This document shows positions 21,801 to 34,996 of a stretch of DNA of 64,000 nucleotides, piece by piece. Under the pieces are notes generated by a model that saw only the letters and a list, made by a program, of their open reading frames with translations, was not told where the DNA came from and did not search any database. Within the stretch, counting starts at the first letter, position 1. Each line of letters starts with the position of its first letter. The position numbers and the translations under genes are program-made. Source of the DNA: Macrostomum hystrix (taxonomy: Eukaryota > Animalia > Platyhelminthes); contig CATNEN010000002.1 in assembly GCA_950097015.1 (NCBI GenBank), positions 3,658,001-3,722,000 of the forward strand, read 5' to 3'.

Positions 21801-24800
21801 CTACTTCTTAACAATCTGTAAGACATCCTGGTGCTGCACCCGATGACTGAGGCCGACTCGCTGGGGGTTAAACTTAACAGAGCTGCCCCAAACCAGGGCG
21901 TATTTGAACTGGCTGACCAGGGTCCTGTGGACTCGGTGCGCCACGTCCTCTACTGAGCAGCCGTTTCGCATGATCAGCTCGTTGCCCTGCAATTTTGTGG
22001 GTGTCAGACAGGATTCAAAGAGATGAGCGCGGGTGAATACATCAGCCCTGAAGCGTAGCAAAGATTACAAGTGAGTCAAGCCTGAAGAAAATCACTTTCA
22101 GGCGAAGCGTAGATTCTTGTTGAAAAAACAAGCCTGAATAGAATGACCTTCAGGTGAAGATTCTTAGTGGACCAAGCCTGAAGAGAATGACCTTCAGGGT
22201 AAGATTCTTAGTGGACCAAGCCTGAAGAGAATGACCTTCAGGGGAAGATTCTTAGTGGACCAAGCCTGAAGAGAATGACCTTCAGGTGAAGCGTAGAATC
22301 TTCGTGGAACAAGCTAGAATAGAATGACCATCAGGTGAACCAAAGAATTTAAGTGGACCAAACCCGAATGGAATTACCTTCAGGTGAACCGAAGATTCTT
22401 AATGGACCAAGCCTGAAGCCTGAAGACAATAACCTTCAGTTGAGGCGTAGACTCTTACTGGACCAAGCTTAAAGACAACAACCTTCAGGTGAACCGAAGA
22501 TTTTAAGTGGACCAAGCCTGAAGAGAATGACCTTCAGGTGAAGATTAGTGACCAGGGCCTGAAGCGAATAACTTTCAGGTGAATCGAAGAGAACAATCTT
22601 CAGTGCTGCACTAACCTGACTAAAATTAGGTCTCTCGCCTCGCTTCTTAGTATAGATGCAGATTAGATCCAGATACTGCCATAGAATCTCAAGCAGGTAG
22701 TCCAGATTTAGGCCGACATTGCAGCTAACTACAACAGAATGAGGCTGGTGAGCCAGTCGATCCACTTCTTCGATGCTGATTTGATCGATCTTGTTATAGA
22801 CGTAGAGGCAGGGCAGGTAGACCCTGTTGCCGCTGATCACATCGATGAATTCGTCCATTGTGCAATCTTCGCGAAAGATTATATCGGCATTGAAGATCTT
22901 GTACTCGTGCAGGATTGTGTAAACCAGCTTCTCGTTCATGTGAGTCAGGGGCACCTGGGATGTGAGGCGGAATTTGTTGGGCAATTAGTTAGCTCTGGTA
23001 GGTCAGATACTGCTAGAGGCAGAACCTGTTAGACCCAAAACCAGTGTTAAACACAGAAGCCTTTTAGACACAGCATCCTGTTAGACACAGCATCCTGTTA
23101 GACACAGCATCCTGTTAGACACAGCATCCTGTTAGACACAGCATCCTGTTAGACACAGCATCCTGTTAGACACAGCATCCTGTTAGACACAGCATCCTCT
23201 TAGACACAGCATCCTGTTAGACACAGCATCCTGTTAGACACAGCATCCTGTTAGACACAGCATCCTGTTAGACACAGCATCCTGTTAGACACAGCATCCT
23301 CTTAGACACAGCATCCTGTTAGACACAGCATCCTGTTAGACACAGCATCCTGTTAGACACAGCATCCTCTTAGACACAGCATCCTGTTAGACACAGCATC
23401 CTGTTAGACACAGCATCCTGTTAGACACAGCATCCTGTTAGACACAGCATCCTGTTAGACACAGCATCCTGTTAGACACAGCATCCTGTTAGACACAGCA
23501 TCCTGTTAGACACAGCATCCTGTTAGACACAGCATCCTTTTAGACACAGCATCCTGTTAGACACAGCATCCTCTTAGACACAGCATCCTGTTAGACACAG
23601 CATCCTGTTAGACACAGCATCCTGTTAGACACAGCATTCTGTTAGACACAGAAGCCTGTTAGAAACGTTAACCTTTCAACACAATAGCTCAAACCTGGTG
23701 AGTAAACTTGAGTCCTCCAGTTTTCTGCTGCTTAAAATAGATGTTCGGCTTGCGCTTGTTGAGCCGGATGCCCACAGACTCGAGCTCGTACTCAAGCAGA
23801 CTGCGATGAACATCCGGCTTGCCTGCGTCTAGCATGATCAGCACCAGATCGGCTGTGCGAGCCACAGCTATCACCTGACCACAGGCAGGTGAGAGTAGCA
23901 ATCAATGCTAGAAATCAAAGCTTTTAGCGGCTTGGTTGAGGATGTTGGAAGAAGGGATCTTTAGTGATAGGAATTATTATAATGAAAGCCTAAGAGTGAG
24001 ATATTGGGAAGCTTAGAAATTAATATCTGGGAAACTAAGATTTAGAAAATCGGGATCTAGGAATTGGGATCTTGGAAATTGGGATCCAGAAAATTAGGAT
24101 CTACGAAATTGGGATCTACGAAATTGGGATCTAGTAAATCTAGACTTAGGAAATTGGGATCTTGAAAATTTGGATCTTGGAAATTGGGATCATGGAAATT
24201 GGGATCTTGGAAACTGGAATCAAGGAAATTGGGATCTTGTAAATTGGGATCTTGTAAATTGGGATCTTGGAAATTGGGATCTTGGAAATTGAAAAACTTG
24301 GAATTCGGAAAACTTCTAAGTTGGGAGAATATTACAGAATGGGAGAAGAGAAGGTTTGGAGAATGTAATATTCGGAGATGAGAAAAATCTGACAATGGGA
24401 TACTTGGATTTTGGGAGAATAGAAGACTGTGAGATAGGGATTCGGGAAAACACACCTGTCTGCCTCGACCCTTGCCCTGAGAGGCGCCCTCGATGATGCC
24501 GGGTAGATCCAGCAGCTGTATCCGAGCTCCATTGTACTCAATGACACCAGGAATGCAGGTGAGGGTAGTGAATTCATAGTTGGCGCACTCCGAGAATGTG
24601 GTGGTGAGCTTGTTCAGCAATGTACTTTTGCCAACAGACGGGAAGCCAATCAGGGCCACTCTCGCGTCGCCGCTTTTCATCACATCGAAGCCTTCGCCCT
24701 TCTGGCCGGCTTTGCCCTGAGGCTCCAGGAGCTGCGCCCGGTACTTGGCCAGCTTGGCCTTGAGCAGGCCCAGGTGATACTCTGTGGCTTTGTTCTTCTG

Positions 24801-24851
24801 AGTACGAGAGATCTCGTGCTCAATCTCTTTGATTTTCTCCAGGATGCCCAT
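21801..24851 (-). CDS. DRG2: Developmentally regulated GTP-binding protein 2, 4 exons, 366 aa
   Basis: Exons 24851-24456, 23874-23695, 22954-22616 and 21986-21801. MGILEKI...[42 protein letters not shown] and a TGS-domain tail ending QIVKK. Confidence 0.97.
22075..22575. repeat. Degenerate repeat of about 43 bp with an internal hairpin, DRG2 intron 3
   Basis: GACCAAG-CCTGAAG-AGAATGAC-CTTCAGG-TGAAGATTCTTAGTG. Confidence 0.85.
23060..23665. repeat. 17-bp minisatellite, DRG2 intron 2
   Basis: GACACAGCATCCTGTTA. Confidence 0.95.
24040..24300. repeat. 15-bp minisatellite, DRG2 intron 1
   Basis: AAATTGGGATCTTGG. Confidence 0.88.
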
Positions 24852-24924
24852 GACTGACTCGAGCTGGCCTACTGGAAGTAGCGAGAAACGAGTTTTGTTA
24901 CCGCCGATAATAGTAACATTAATT

Positions 24925-25035
24925 TGGTGACACAGGTGTGTCATATTTTAAGATAATTTGGCCTCGCCGCGGAATCGACCTCAGGATACTTAGTGAGAGA
25001 GGCAGACGCGATTAAGCGGTCTGCCACTTACTCCC
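24925..25035 (-). mobile_element. Internally deleted SINE family 1 copy on the minus strand
   Basis: The reverse complement reads GTGGCAGACCGCTTAATCGCGTCTGCCTCT...GGTCGATTCCGCGGCGAGGCCAAATTA...GACACACCTGTGTCACCAAAT. Confidence 0.65.
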
Positions 25036-25099
25036 CCAGCCAGTCCATGGACTACTCGTGCATTTATAATTCCTAGGTATATTGTTTTCCAAGGAGAAT

Positions 25100-25430
25100 G
25101 AGTGGCAGAGTGGTCTAACGCGTTTGCCTCTGACACTAATATCCCTCAGCTCGATTCCGCGGCGAGACCGCGGCGGGGCGCAGCTGCGGAGAAAAGGCTT
25201 GGGGGCTTGTCGTGCAATTCACGCCTGATATACAATTTACACTGCCTGACGATGAGAAAGTCAGGGCAGATGTACACACCTGTGTGAGTGTGTGCCTGCG
25301 TACGGTATCTGTGTGCGTGTGTGCTCAGGAGTCAGCGGAATGGGCAGAATTGCCATCTCGCTGCCTACGGGTCTGGTGTCACCAAATGATGTGCCATTGC
25401 CCGCAGCCCTCCCGCAATCATTTGCTAGTT
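25100..25430 (+). mobile_element. SINE family 1, near-complete copy with Pol III A and B boxes
   Basis: A box TGGCAGAGTGG at 25103-25113 and B box GCTCGATTCC at 25149-25158, followed by the shared body. Confidence 0.82.
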
Positions 25431-25884
25431 GCTTATTAAGAAAAAAACTCATTCTTGAGAAAACACGAAAATAAAACACAAACAAATCCTGTTGATACTC
25501 AGATTTCAGATTTAAATTTGTTTTATCTTCTGCTTGGCTTATTATTCTTTAACAAACAACTCGAAAAAAAACATTTTGAGACAAGCAAAAAACTCTTTTT
25601 TAAAAACTAGATTTACTGTGAGAGCGTCAACACCCGCATGAAATAGTACATTATTATTTTATTGAAGGTCTACTCATAGTAGTATAACTAAAGAAACTAG
25701 TACATTTACTTAAAGAATCTACAATTTGTTTAATTAAGGTTAAACTTATTATACTTAAATTTTGTTATATTCCTAAATAAATTTACAAAATACAATTCAG
25801 ATTATTTCTCAGAAGCTAAATGTTAAGCATGAGTTGAATAAGTCAATCATAGTCCTGTATCCTGGCAGAAGCACAGATAAGTAC

Positions 25885-26661
25885 TCAGAACTGATCCTTA
25901 GGTGCGTCGATTTTAGTGGGCAACTCCCGCGGATCGTCGGACTGGAAGCCGTGCGGCAGGTCGCCGAACAGGTCGTCCAGCTGCCGATGCGAATGATGCT
26001 GGCTAACAGAGCGCGGATTAACTGGGACAAAATAATAGCCACGATAATCTCCGAGCAGGGATTCCTGATTCTTGATGCTGCGGAATTCCATTTTAGTTGT
26101 CATGCGCAGTCTTTCCTCATTGTTATAAGCCAGGTATCTCTCGTAGGCCTCCTGTTCGGATAGGACCGCGTGGGTCTTGAACCAGGCAATGAATCTGGTG
26201 AGCGGATGCCGGTGATACTCGTATTCTTGAGGCTCGTAGCCTTCGGGAATTTCTGTGAGCTCCGCTGGGCCAACGAAGATGTACAGGTAGATGGCTAGCA
26301 GGCCGCAGGGAATCACTCCCAGCATGATGTAGTAGTGAAAATCGTCCCAGAAATGAGTCCAATAGTGTTGCGACGGTCTGATGACCATCTTGCGTGGTCC
26401 GTGATGATCGCCACCATAGCGAACCGGCTGCCAAATGCGACCAATTGAAGATGTTGATGGCATCGACTTTGGTGAGAGCAGCATCCCGCTACTGACTTGC
26501 AGCGATGTAGATGTTATTGACCTAACCGTTGGCGTAGATAGAATGGCAATAGCTAAATGGCGACGGCGAGTATCAGCTATGGTGGACAATAGGCGCAGAT
26601 GAAGATTACTGCCGATCTTATAAGCTGCAGTCTTAGTTAGCAGCAACGGTACAAGGGACAT
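25885..26661 (-). CDS. NDUFB5: NADH dehydrogenase 1 beta subcomplex subunit 5 (SGDH), single coding exon, 258 aa
   Basis: Long mitochondrial presequence followed by MVIRPS...YIMLGVIP...VGPAELTEIPEGYEPQEYEYHRHPLTRFIA, characteristic of NDUFB5. Confidence 0.92.
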   Translation of the reverse strand: MSLVPLLLTKTAAYKIGSNLHLRLLSTIADTRRRHLAIAILSTPTVRSITSTSLQVSSGMLLSPKSMPSTSSIGRIWQPVRYGGDHHGPRKMVIRPSQHYWTHFWDDFHYYIMLGVIPCGLLAIYLYIFVGPAELTEIPEGYEPQEYEYHRHPLTRFIAWFKTHAVLSEQEAYERYLAYNNEERLRMTTKMEFRSIKNQESLLGDYRGYYFVPVNPRSVSQHHSHRQLDDLFGDLPHGFQSDDPRELPTKIDAPKDQF

Positions 26662-26804
26662 TGTGCTAGTTCACCTGAAAGTATGTGATGAAAAATCTAA
26701 CCATTTGAAACAGAAAGTCAAAAAGCTTTAAAATGAAAATACATAATTAGTGGAATTGTCAACATGTGAATAGCATCTAATTTATAATGAGTAGCCATAT
26801 CTCT

Positions 26805-26985
26805 ATTATGGGTACCAGCATTAGCTGGGATAATTAAAGGTAAGTTTGGCATCCCCCCAGTCCATGGACTGAACAGCTGTATGCAGCCTTCAGATGTGCC
26901 ATGCATTAGCTGCGGCTGTGCTGTCGGCTGCACATCTGATCCGATTGGGGCAAGTGTAATCAAATATTAATTATTATTATCATGT
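26805..26985 (+). mobile_element. SINE family 2, 3' part with (TTA)n-like tail
   Basis: ATGGGTACCAGCATTAGCTGGGATAATT...CCCCCCAGTCCATGGACTGAACAGCTGT matches 61123-61290. Confidence 0.78.
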
Positions 26986-28475
26986 ATCTGTATTTTAATT
27001 GTCACTTGTTTGCTATAGCTAGTGTTAACACTATACTGGGTTATTATAAAATTTCTGTCTTAAAGTACTAAACTTAAAGACATTCTAACAACATAACATC
27101 AATAATTTATATAGCTACTAAAACATATTTGTTTGCTTAAGCTTACTATGGCCTAAATGACATTCAATAGTTATCTACTAGCAAATAAAATTATAGTTAC
27201 TACCCAAGAGAGTCATAATGGCAATGTTTTGATAAATTTGTTAATTATTGTTACATTAAACTGTTAGACATTATTTTAAAAAATAAAAAAATTTATAGTT
27301 AATTTATTGACACATGATAAATTTATAAAATTTATAAAAATTTATAAAATGTCTTTATAAAAGAACATATAAAGACATGTACGGAATCATTTCTAAATCT
27401 GTTATACATTATCACAGAATGCAACATAAAATTGTGGATCTTCTGATGTAGCATAAAAATACTTCTATGGTTTAAAAAGTTATGGACCAATCAATGGACC
27501 TGTCTAGATAAAGGGACATGAATACATATCATAGACATAGTTTTATGTGACAGCATCTCTAACATTCAGCATCAAAAGGCAGAATGCTTTTTTAATTGGA
27601 AAATTTTTAACTGGTTTAAACTACCTGTTTTATTTGAATATACTATATACAACTTCATGTTACCTAGACTCTAATTTAACAAGCAAGAAAATAGGCCAAT
27701 TATTTTGATTAGCCTCTCATCAATCTAGTTTGTCTTCCACTTCTCTGATTTCTGTGATATAAAAAATAACAATGATATCCTTGTCATCTTGGCAGTGTGC
27801 AAAACTTCGATCGTGTCCGTTAATTTTTAAAGCTTAGTAATAACTATATTAACTCTGGAAATTTGTATTAAGCAGCAATATTTTTAGTTGTTGATAACTC
27901 TTTCTTAGAAAACTCCTATTGTGACCCGGGCAAACTTCAGGGTTTAAGCAAACACTTTAAAAATATGCACGCCTTTTTCTGGTCAGTTTAATATTTTGTT
28001 ATCTTATGTACTGATAGTTTATTTATCTGTTAGTTATTTTTAATTGATTCAAATTTTTGAGACCTTAAAACGCTTCTACAAAACGCACAAGTACTAGTCC
28101 GAGTAGAATTCATGGTCCACTCCCAGGGGTCCTTGAATTTGCAGTGCAATGCAATCCTGTATCAAAAGTATCCCATAATTTAGACCCCAAAGGGCAGTAT
28201 TACCATTATAGCTGGTAGATCTCGCACGGATTCAGAACTTTAAAAAATCGTGTTTACAGTTCAGTACGTATTCGATGGTAAAATACATTTTTTCGTTTTT
28301 ATTTGAAAAATTGAATTCACGAACTCGATTAGAAATACGAAATATACATATAGGAATAAGCCAATACATCTAGACAAATACTCCAACGCTTCACTGAGAT
28401 GATTGATAGGCTGCTGCTGAATAATACTGCCTTTAAAGTATCTGCATAGTACACACAATATCCCTGATTGACCTT

Positions 28476-31400
28476 TCAATTGTGCTGCACGAATGTTGCT
28501 GAAGTTGGAAACAGTGACGACTGGCTGGTCTTACTTTGATCCCCAATCGTATCAAAGACTTCATCATCATCTTCATCGTCCTCGTGATATTTTTTCAACG
28601 AAATCGGCGACGCTGGCGGCTGCCACGGCTCTTCGTCTTCCGGCGCCTCCGCCCAGGGCTGCTTGTCACCGGAGGCGAATATTGCGTAGAATATGACGCA
28701 GGCCAAGTTGATGAGGGAACTGATGAGGAACACGATAGACCAGGAGGCTCGCGACTTCGGAACCCAAGGCGAAAGGGAAGTATGAATTAGCGTAAATTGA
28801 TCATAAACAGCATTTAAGGGTGCAATTCTGCATATAGAAGAGGTAACATGTGCACTTGTCATTGCTTGAAGAAAAATCTGCAGGACAGCAAAGCTCTGTC
28901 ATTTATTCCGTTTCAACACCTAATTTCCACTGCCTCGTCTTGCCCCCTGGGTAACAACTCTCCCGCATCTTTCTCCCATAGCTGTGTCTTATCTCTCTAG
29001 CTGTTTCATCTCCCCTGTGTCTCATATCTCCTAAGTGTCATCTCTCCTGTACGTGTCTCATCTCTCTGTCTCTCATTTCCCCTGTGTCTCATCTCGATAC
29101 CCTGTCTCTCATTTCCCCAGTGTCTCATCTCCCCTGTGTCTCATCTCCCCTGTCTCTCATCTCCCCTGTGTCTCATCTCCCCTGTCTCTCATCTCCCCTG
29201 TGTCTCATCTCCCGTGTCTCATCACTCCTGTATCTTATCTCTCGCGTGTATCATATTTGCGTGTCGTCAGATATCATATTACAGCTATCAGATGTGCACC
29301 ACGGTGTACATCACATACTTTTTGTTCTTTCTTGTAACATACAATATGATTCCAATGCAGTCTGCCAAATCCGTTTAAATGTACTGAACTTACCCGATCT
29401 CTAACCAATTCTATGGTAACAACTGGCACTAGAACTGAGGCCAATGTTCCGACGCCATTGGCGAGGCCCATTATGAAGCTGGCGTATCGCGGCGCAATGT
29501 CCAGTGGGTTCACATTAAAACCTGAAGGGAAAGGTCTAGGTATGGGAGTGCCAAGGTTTCAAATAATAGTCCTCTCAAATAATAGTTTTCTAATTTTTTC
29601 TTTCTTGATTCTTTCGGTGTTTTTTTTCATATGAACGTTTTTTTCAAACTCCAAAAAATGAGTCTTTACCGGCAATGGAGACCCCGCTAAAGCCAACAGC
29701 AATGATCATGCAAGTGACGGCTGTGGTCGCATTGTTGCTGTATCCGACGCCTAGTAAGAATATGCCCTGCAGTCCGAAGCCTGGAAGGTTTGAAAAACAG
29801 CGAAGCATTTTCGTACTTTAGGTCAAACCGTTTTGAGGTAGAAGAGATACAGCCAATGCGAATCAACTAAGGAAGACAGCCATGCAATGAGAACAAAAAA
29901 GACGGCCAATAAAAATCAATTAATGAAGACAGTATATCAGGATCATTAAAGGAAGACAGCCAATGAGAATCAACGAAGGAAGACAACCAATTAGAATCAA
30001 CGAAGGAAGACAACCAATTAGAATCAACGAAGGAAGACAACCAATTAGAATCAACGAAGGAAGACAACCAATTAGAATCAACGATGGAAGACAACGAATT
30101 AGAATTGACCAACTTAAATCATTTATTGAAAACAGCCATTGAGAATAAATTTAAAGGACGACATGCAGAAAATCAAAATCTTGCAGAAAGAATCAATGAA
30201 GCTCCACAAAAAGATAGTGAATGTAGCAATACGAAAATAAAACGGATCTTATAGAACTTTAATAGGCTCACCAATACTGTTTAGAATCTTCCGGACCGCT
30301 GTTGTTGTTAGAAGGCGCTTCCGCAGCTCGTCGGCAATAATTCCACTCACTGGCACAATGATGGACATGATCAAATGTGGCAATGCCGCGAACAAGCTGC
30401 TCTAAAGTTGGGTAAATGTTAATTATTTTTGAACCTTGAATTTACAAACATTTTGTAGAATTTTAGATTATTCAAAAAACTTCATTTTACTGTCAAAAGG
30501 GGGTGTCTGCACTTTAAAAAATGAATTAACAAATTAACAAACTTAAAACAAATATGCATCAATTTAAAACTCTTAGGAAAATTCGCACCTTCGACATGTC
30601 GTAGCTGAAGACGTCGCCAAAGAATTTCGTTGGCTCGGTGATCATCAGGGAGAAGGTCCAGTTGCGAGCAAAGAAGGCCACAACAATGGCGTAGACTGGC
30701 ATTGAGGTGAAGAATTTCAGCCAAGGCGCTTGGCGCATCTGTTGGATGTGAAAATGATCAAAGTTGGTCAAATGGTGCTTGTATTTATCTTCTCCGGTCT
30801 CTATAATTGGGCGCCTCTATTTTTACGTTTTCAGATGCTTTTCCGGTGTTTAAAAAAGCTTAGAAAAGCGAAAAGCTAGTCAATTTTTTCTTGCGTTTAA
30901 GCTGTTTTTCAGTGTTTCAGTCTTTAAGAATTTATCACGGTTTTTCGGTATTTTTGGCTCCAAAACGAGTCACGATTTTTACGAAGATTTACGTAGATTT
31001 TCCGGTGTTAAAGCCGTAAAAAATAGATAAGTTTCTTGAGTTGCTTCAGCTACGAAAATAGCCACAGCCCACTAACCATATGTTTGACGTCGACATTCTC
31101 GCCAATGGCCAGTTGGATATGAATTCGCTCCTCCTCCGAAATGCAGAGATCTGTTGCGGGCTTCTCGTAGACGAGGGCGGTGAAGACGCAGAACCAAATG
31201 ACGCCCAGGGTGCCTGATTTGAAGTTTGGATTGCTCAAATTCTTACGGTTCTGGTGAAAAATAAATTACAGAACTCAAAGCGACTCACCGAATAGGTAAA
31301 ACATCACTGGCCAACCAAACTGCTCACTGAGCCATCCAGAACTCAACAGGCCCACAAATGAGCCGATATAGGAGCCACAAAAGGTAATGGTAGTTAATCT

Positions 31401-32849
31401 GGACCTCTCCATGGGCGGAGCCCAGTGCCTGAGAATACCGTGACAGGCCGGATAGGTGCTGCCCTGCAAATGGTGATATCGAAGTTCTAACTCTTAAAAG
31501 TAGAAAGATTACGGGGGTTATGTTAAATACCTTCCGGTTTGGAAACCTTCCGGTTTGGAAACCTTCCGGTTTGGAAACCTTCCAGTTTGGAAACCTTCCG
31601 GTTTGGAAACCTTCCGGTTTGGAAACCTTCCGGTTTGGAAACCTTCCGGTTCGGAAACCTTCCGGTTTGGAAACCTTCCGGTTTGGAAACCTTCCGGTTT
31701 GGAAACCTTCCGGTTTGGAAACCTTCCGGTTTGGAAACCTTCCAGTTTGGAAACCTTCCGGTTTGGAAACCTTCCGGTTTGGAAACCTTCCGGTTTGGAA
31801 ACCTTCCGGTTTGGAAACCTTCCGGTTCGGAAACCTTCCGGTTTGGAAACCTTCCGGTTTGGAAACCTTCCGGTTTGGAAACCTTCCGGTTTGGAAATCT
31901 TCCGGTTTGGACTGCTCACCTCCAGGAGTCCCTGCAGGACCCGCACAACAATGGTCAACTGAACACTGTTGCGAATGCAGACTGGCAGCAGGATGTTGAG
32001 CACAGATGAACCTAGTGTGTTAAGCGAGTAGACGAGAGTTGCCGGCACCCGATTGGCCAGAATTCCGGCGGGAATTTGAAACACCAGGTAGCCCCAGAAG
32101 TAGGAGCTCTCTACGGCGCTAATCTCGGATGTGGACCAGTGCACTTTGGACGGCGGCTGAGGAATGGCGGTTGGCGAATGTCACTCTCATCAAAATGGCA
32201 CTCTCATCAAAATGGCACTCTCATCAAAATGGCACTCTCATCAAAATGGCACTCTCATCAAAATGGCACTCTCATCAAAATGGCACTCTCATCAAAATGG
32301 CACTCATTTAAATGGTGCTCTCTCATTCTGAAATGTCACTCTCTCATTCCAGGTGTCACTCTCAATCCAACTTCACTCTCACTTTAATGTCACTCACTAA
32401 AAATTTCACTCTACTTCCAAATGTCACTCGCTCGAATGTCACTCTCACTGCATATCACTCTTACTACAATGTCACTCTCACCGCAATGTCACTCTCACTG
32501 CAATGTCACTCTCACTGCAATGTCACTCTCACTGCAATGTCACTCTCACTGCAATGTCACTATCGCTCCAATGTCACTCAGACTTCAAGCATTAAAATCT
32601 CACAGGCCCAGTCGCAGGTCCGTGTGCAGCAGCAGCAGTCGCATTGGGTGCCAGCGCCTCCCTGAAGTGGCCAGTCGCCACGCCGATGCTGCATCGGAAG
32701 CTGAAGGTGATGATGAAGCCGATGTTGCACAGAATGGCTGTCAGGTATCTTTTGCTCACTCGTTGCCAGCAGTCACGTTGTCGATTTTTGCCCATGGAAT
32801 ATCGGCGACCGTTTGAAAATCTTCGGCGCGTTGGATCAAGGAGATCCAT
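28476..32849 (-). CDS. SLC17 / vesicular glutamate transporter-like paralogue A, 9 exons, about 530 aa
   Basis: Exons 32849-32604, 32156-31920, 31463-31289, 31213-31077, 30738-30589, 30401-30272, 29780-29670, 29521-29394 and 28754-28476, all phase-consistent. Motifs KRYLTAIL...FRC, SSYFWGY, YPACHG...[38 protein letters not shown]. Confidence 0.92.
28990..29245. repeat. 16-bp minisatellite with TGTCTCATCT core, in intron
   Basis: TGTCTCATCTCCCCTG units. Confidence 0.85.
29870..30115. repeat. 27-bp minisatellite in intron
   Basis: GAAGGAAGACAACCAATTAGAATCAAC. Confidence 0.88.
31530..31910. repeat. 16-bp semi-palindromic minisatellite in intron
   Basis: GGAAACCTTCCGGTTT. Confidence 0.95.
32175..32580. 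repeat. Related 17-bp repeats in intron 1 of paralogue A
   Basis: CACTCTCATCAAAATGG grading into TGTCACTCTCACTGCAA. Confidence 0.85.
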
Positions 32850-33334
32850 TTGTTAAATCTGCTAGAGAATTTCGTCAGGACAGGCGGGAAAAACAGTTAA
32901 AATAAATAAAACAACACATTTGGCAGGAGGGAGGCACGAGTTCACCGTGTGGCAATGCTCACTGATGTCTCGTGTCTGCTAATTTTGGTTTGATATTATC
33001 CATTTATCTCTGCGCTTCTGCTGACGATACTTTGAGCATGTGGGCGTCGGGTTTCAAGGGGGTTGATAATTTGCTACTTGCAATACAATGGGAAACGCAC
33101 TCTCGTGTATGGCTTACCTGGAGTGAGCAAGAGACACAAACGAATTCTCAGTTTAAAGACGAACAATTACAATTTTCGGTTGAGCATACTGCTCTCGTGC
33201 ATACGCCCAAAACCCCACAGTGCTACAGAGGACACGAGACTGTGTTTAAGCATTGTGCCATAGACAGCATATTGATAACCAGGTCACAGTTGAACTGAAC
33301 ATGAACTCTAGGAAAATTTGGGAGAAACATGATC

Positions 33335-34152
33335 TGAAGGTGAGAGAGATGAGGTGAAGGTGAGAGAGATGAGCTCAGGGTGAGAGAGATGAGCTCAGGG
33401 TGAGAGAGATAAGCTGAGGGCGAGAGAGATGAGCTGAGGGTGAGAGAGATGAGCTCAGAGTGAGAGAGATGAGCTCAGGGTGAGAGAGATAAGCTGAGGG
33501 CGAGAGAGATGAGCTGAGGGTGAGAGAGATGAGCTCAGAGTGAGAGAGATGAGCTGAGGGTGAGAGAGATAAGCTGAGGGTGAGAGAGATAAGCTGAGGG
33601 TGAGAGAGATAAGCTGAGGGTGAGAGAGATGAGCTAGCTGAAGGTGAGAGAGATGAGCTCAGGGTGAGAGAGATGAGCTGAAGGTGAGAGAGATAAGCTG
33701 AGGGTGAGAGAGATGAGCTGAGGGTGAGTGAGATGAGCTCAGGGTGAGAGAGATAAGCTGAGGGTGAGAGAGATAAGCTGAGGGTGAGAGAGATGAGGTG
33801 AAGGTGAGAGAGATGAGCTCAGGGTGAGAGAGATAAGCTGAGGGCGAGAGAGATGAGCTGAGGGTGAGAGAGATGAGCTGAGAGTGAGAGAGATGAGCTG
33901 AGGGTGAGAGAGATGAGCTGAGGGTGAGACAGATGAGCTGAGGGTGAGACAGATGAGCTGAGGGTGAGAGAGATGAGCTAGCTGAGGGTGAGAGAGATAA
34001 GCTGAGGGTGAGAGAGATAAGCTGAGGGTGAGACAGATGAGCTGAGGGTGAGAGAGATGAGCTGAGGGTGAGACAGATGAGCTGAGGGTGAGAGAGATGA
34101 GCTGAGGGTGAGACAGATGAGCTGAGGGTGAGACAGATGAGCTGAGGGTGAA
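33335..34152. repeat. 20-bp minisatellite between the two SLC17 genes
   Basis: GAGAGAGATGAGCTGAGGGT. Confidence 0.93.
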
Positions 34153-34544
34153 ATTTCTTTCAGATTCATGGTATTGGAGATATATAAATTGAGGAGATAA
34201 GTCCATAAAACAAAAACGGTATTACATTTAGTCCTAGTACTTAATTTTTTATGGGATATCGTTTTCACGCGTAAAGTTTTTCATAGTTTTTGATAGTATA
34301 ACAGTTGGGTGCCAATTTATTTTAATTCGCAATAATATTCTGTGAACATGACTACAACAAGGGGTGCATTATTAAATATTTGATTAAATATAACATCGAA
34401 TTGACAGCAATAGAAGGAGTATATTAGCGCTAATTTAAACAAAAAAAAACGCAATTTTCAATTTTAAAGCAACTATGACATATTCAATTACAATTAATCT
34501 CACAGAACAGAAAAATAGAATGGCAATGCTACTAGCAATAGTAT

Positions 34545-34675
34545 AAATTAAATGTAATGTATTATAATTAAATGTAATGTAATATAATTGAATCTAGTGT
34601 AATATAATTGAATGCAATGTAATATAATTGAATGTAATGTAATATAATTGAATGTAATGTAATATAATTGAATGT
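34545..34675. repeat. 20-bp AT-rich repeat
   Basis: TAATGTAATATAATTGAATG. Confidence 0.8.
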
Positions 34676-34996
34676 TAACAAAGACTACAACAACAACATT
34701 TCACAGTCATTTTTGTGCGGGTTTTACTTTAATTTCTAGCAAGCAAGAATCCAAACTTTGTCACAGCTTTCAAATATAAGAAAATATACTACTGAAACTA
34801 CTGACAGTAAAGTTGAAGAGAAAAAGTTTTCTAAAAACGGAAATTAGACGAGAAAAAATGGTGACTAGTTTTAATCGAATAGCATTGATGCTATTAAACA
34901 TGGGTTTATAACACGCATGGCAATTTATTGTGCATTCTGGTGTCTATGCTCTTTGTACCGAAGCAACAAATGAGTTTATTCATGAAATTCTGACAG

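Noticed and set aside
25100-25170. Functional tRNA genes at SINE heads (also 46715-46785 and 61020-61060)
   Set aside because: A and B boxes are present, but no complete cloverleaf can be folded and each head continues into a shared SINE body.
25225-25285. Hammerhead ribozyme in SINE-1 (CTGACGA...GAAA)
   Set aside because: There is no stem II between CUGAnGA and GAAA, CTGAC pairs with the downstream GTCAG as a simple hairpin, and the 1095 copy has CTGACAA.
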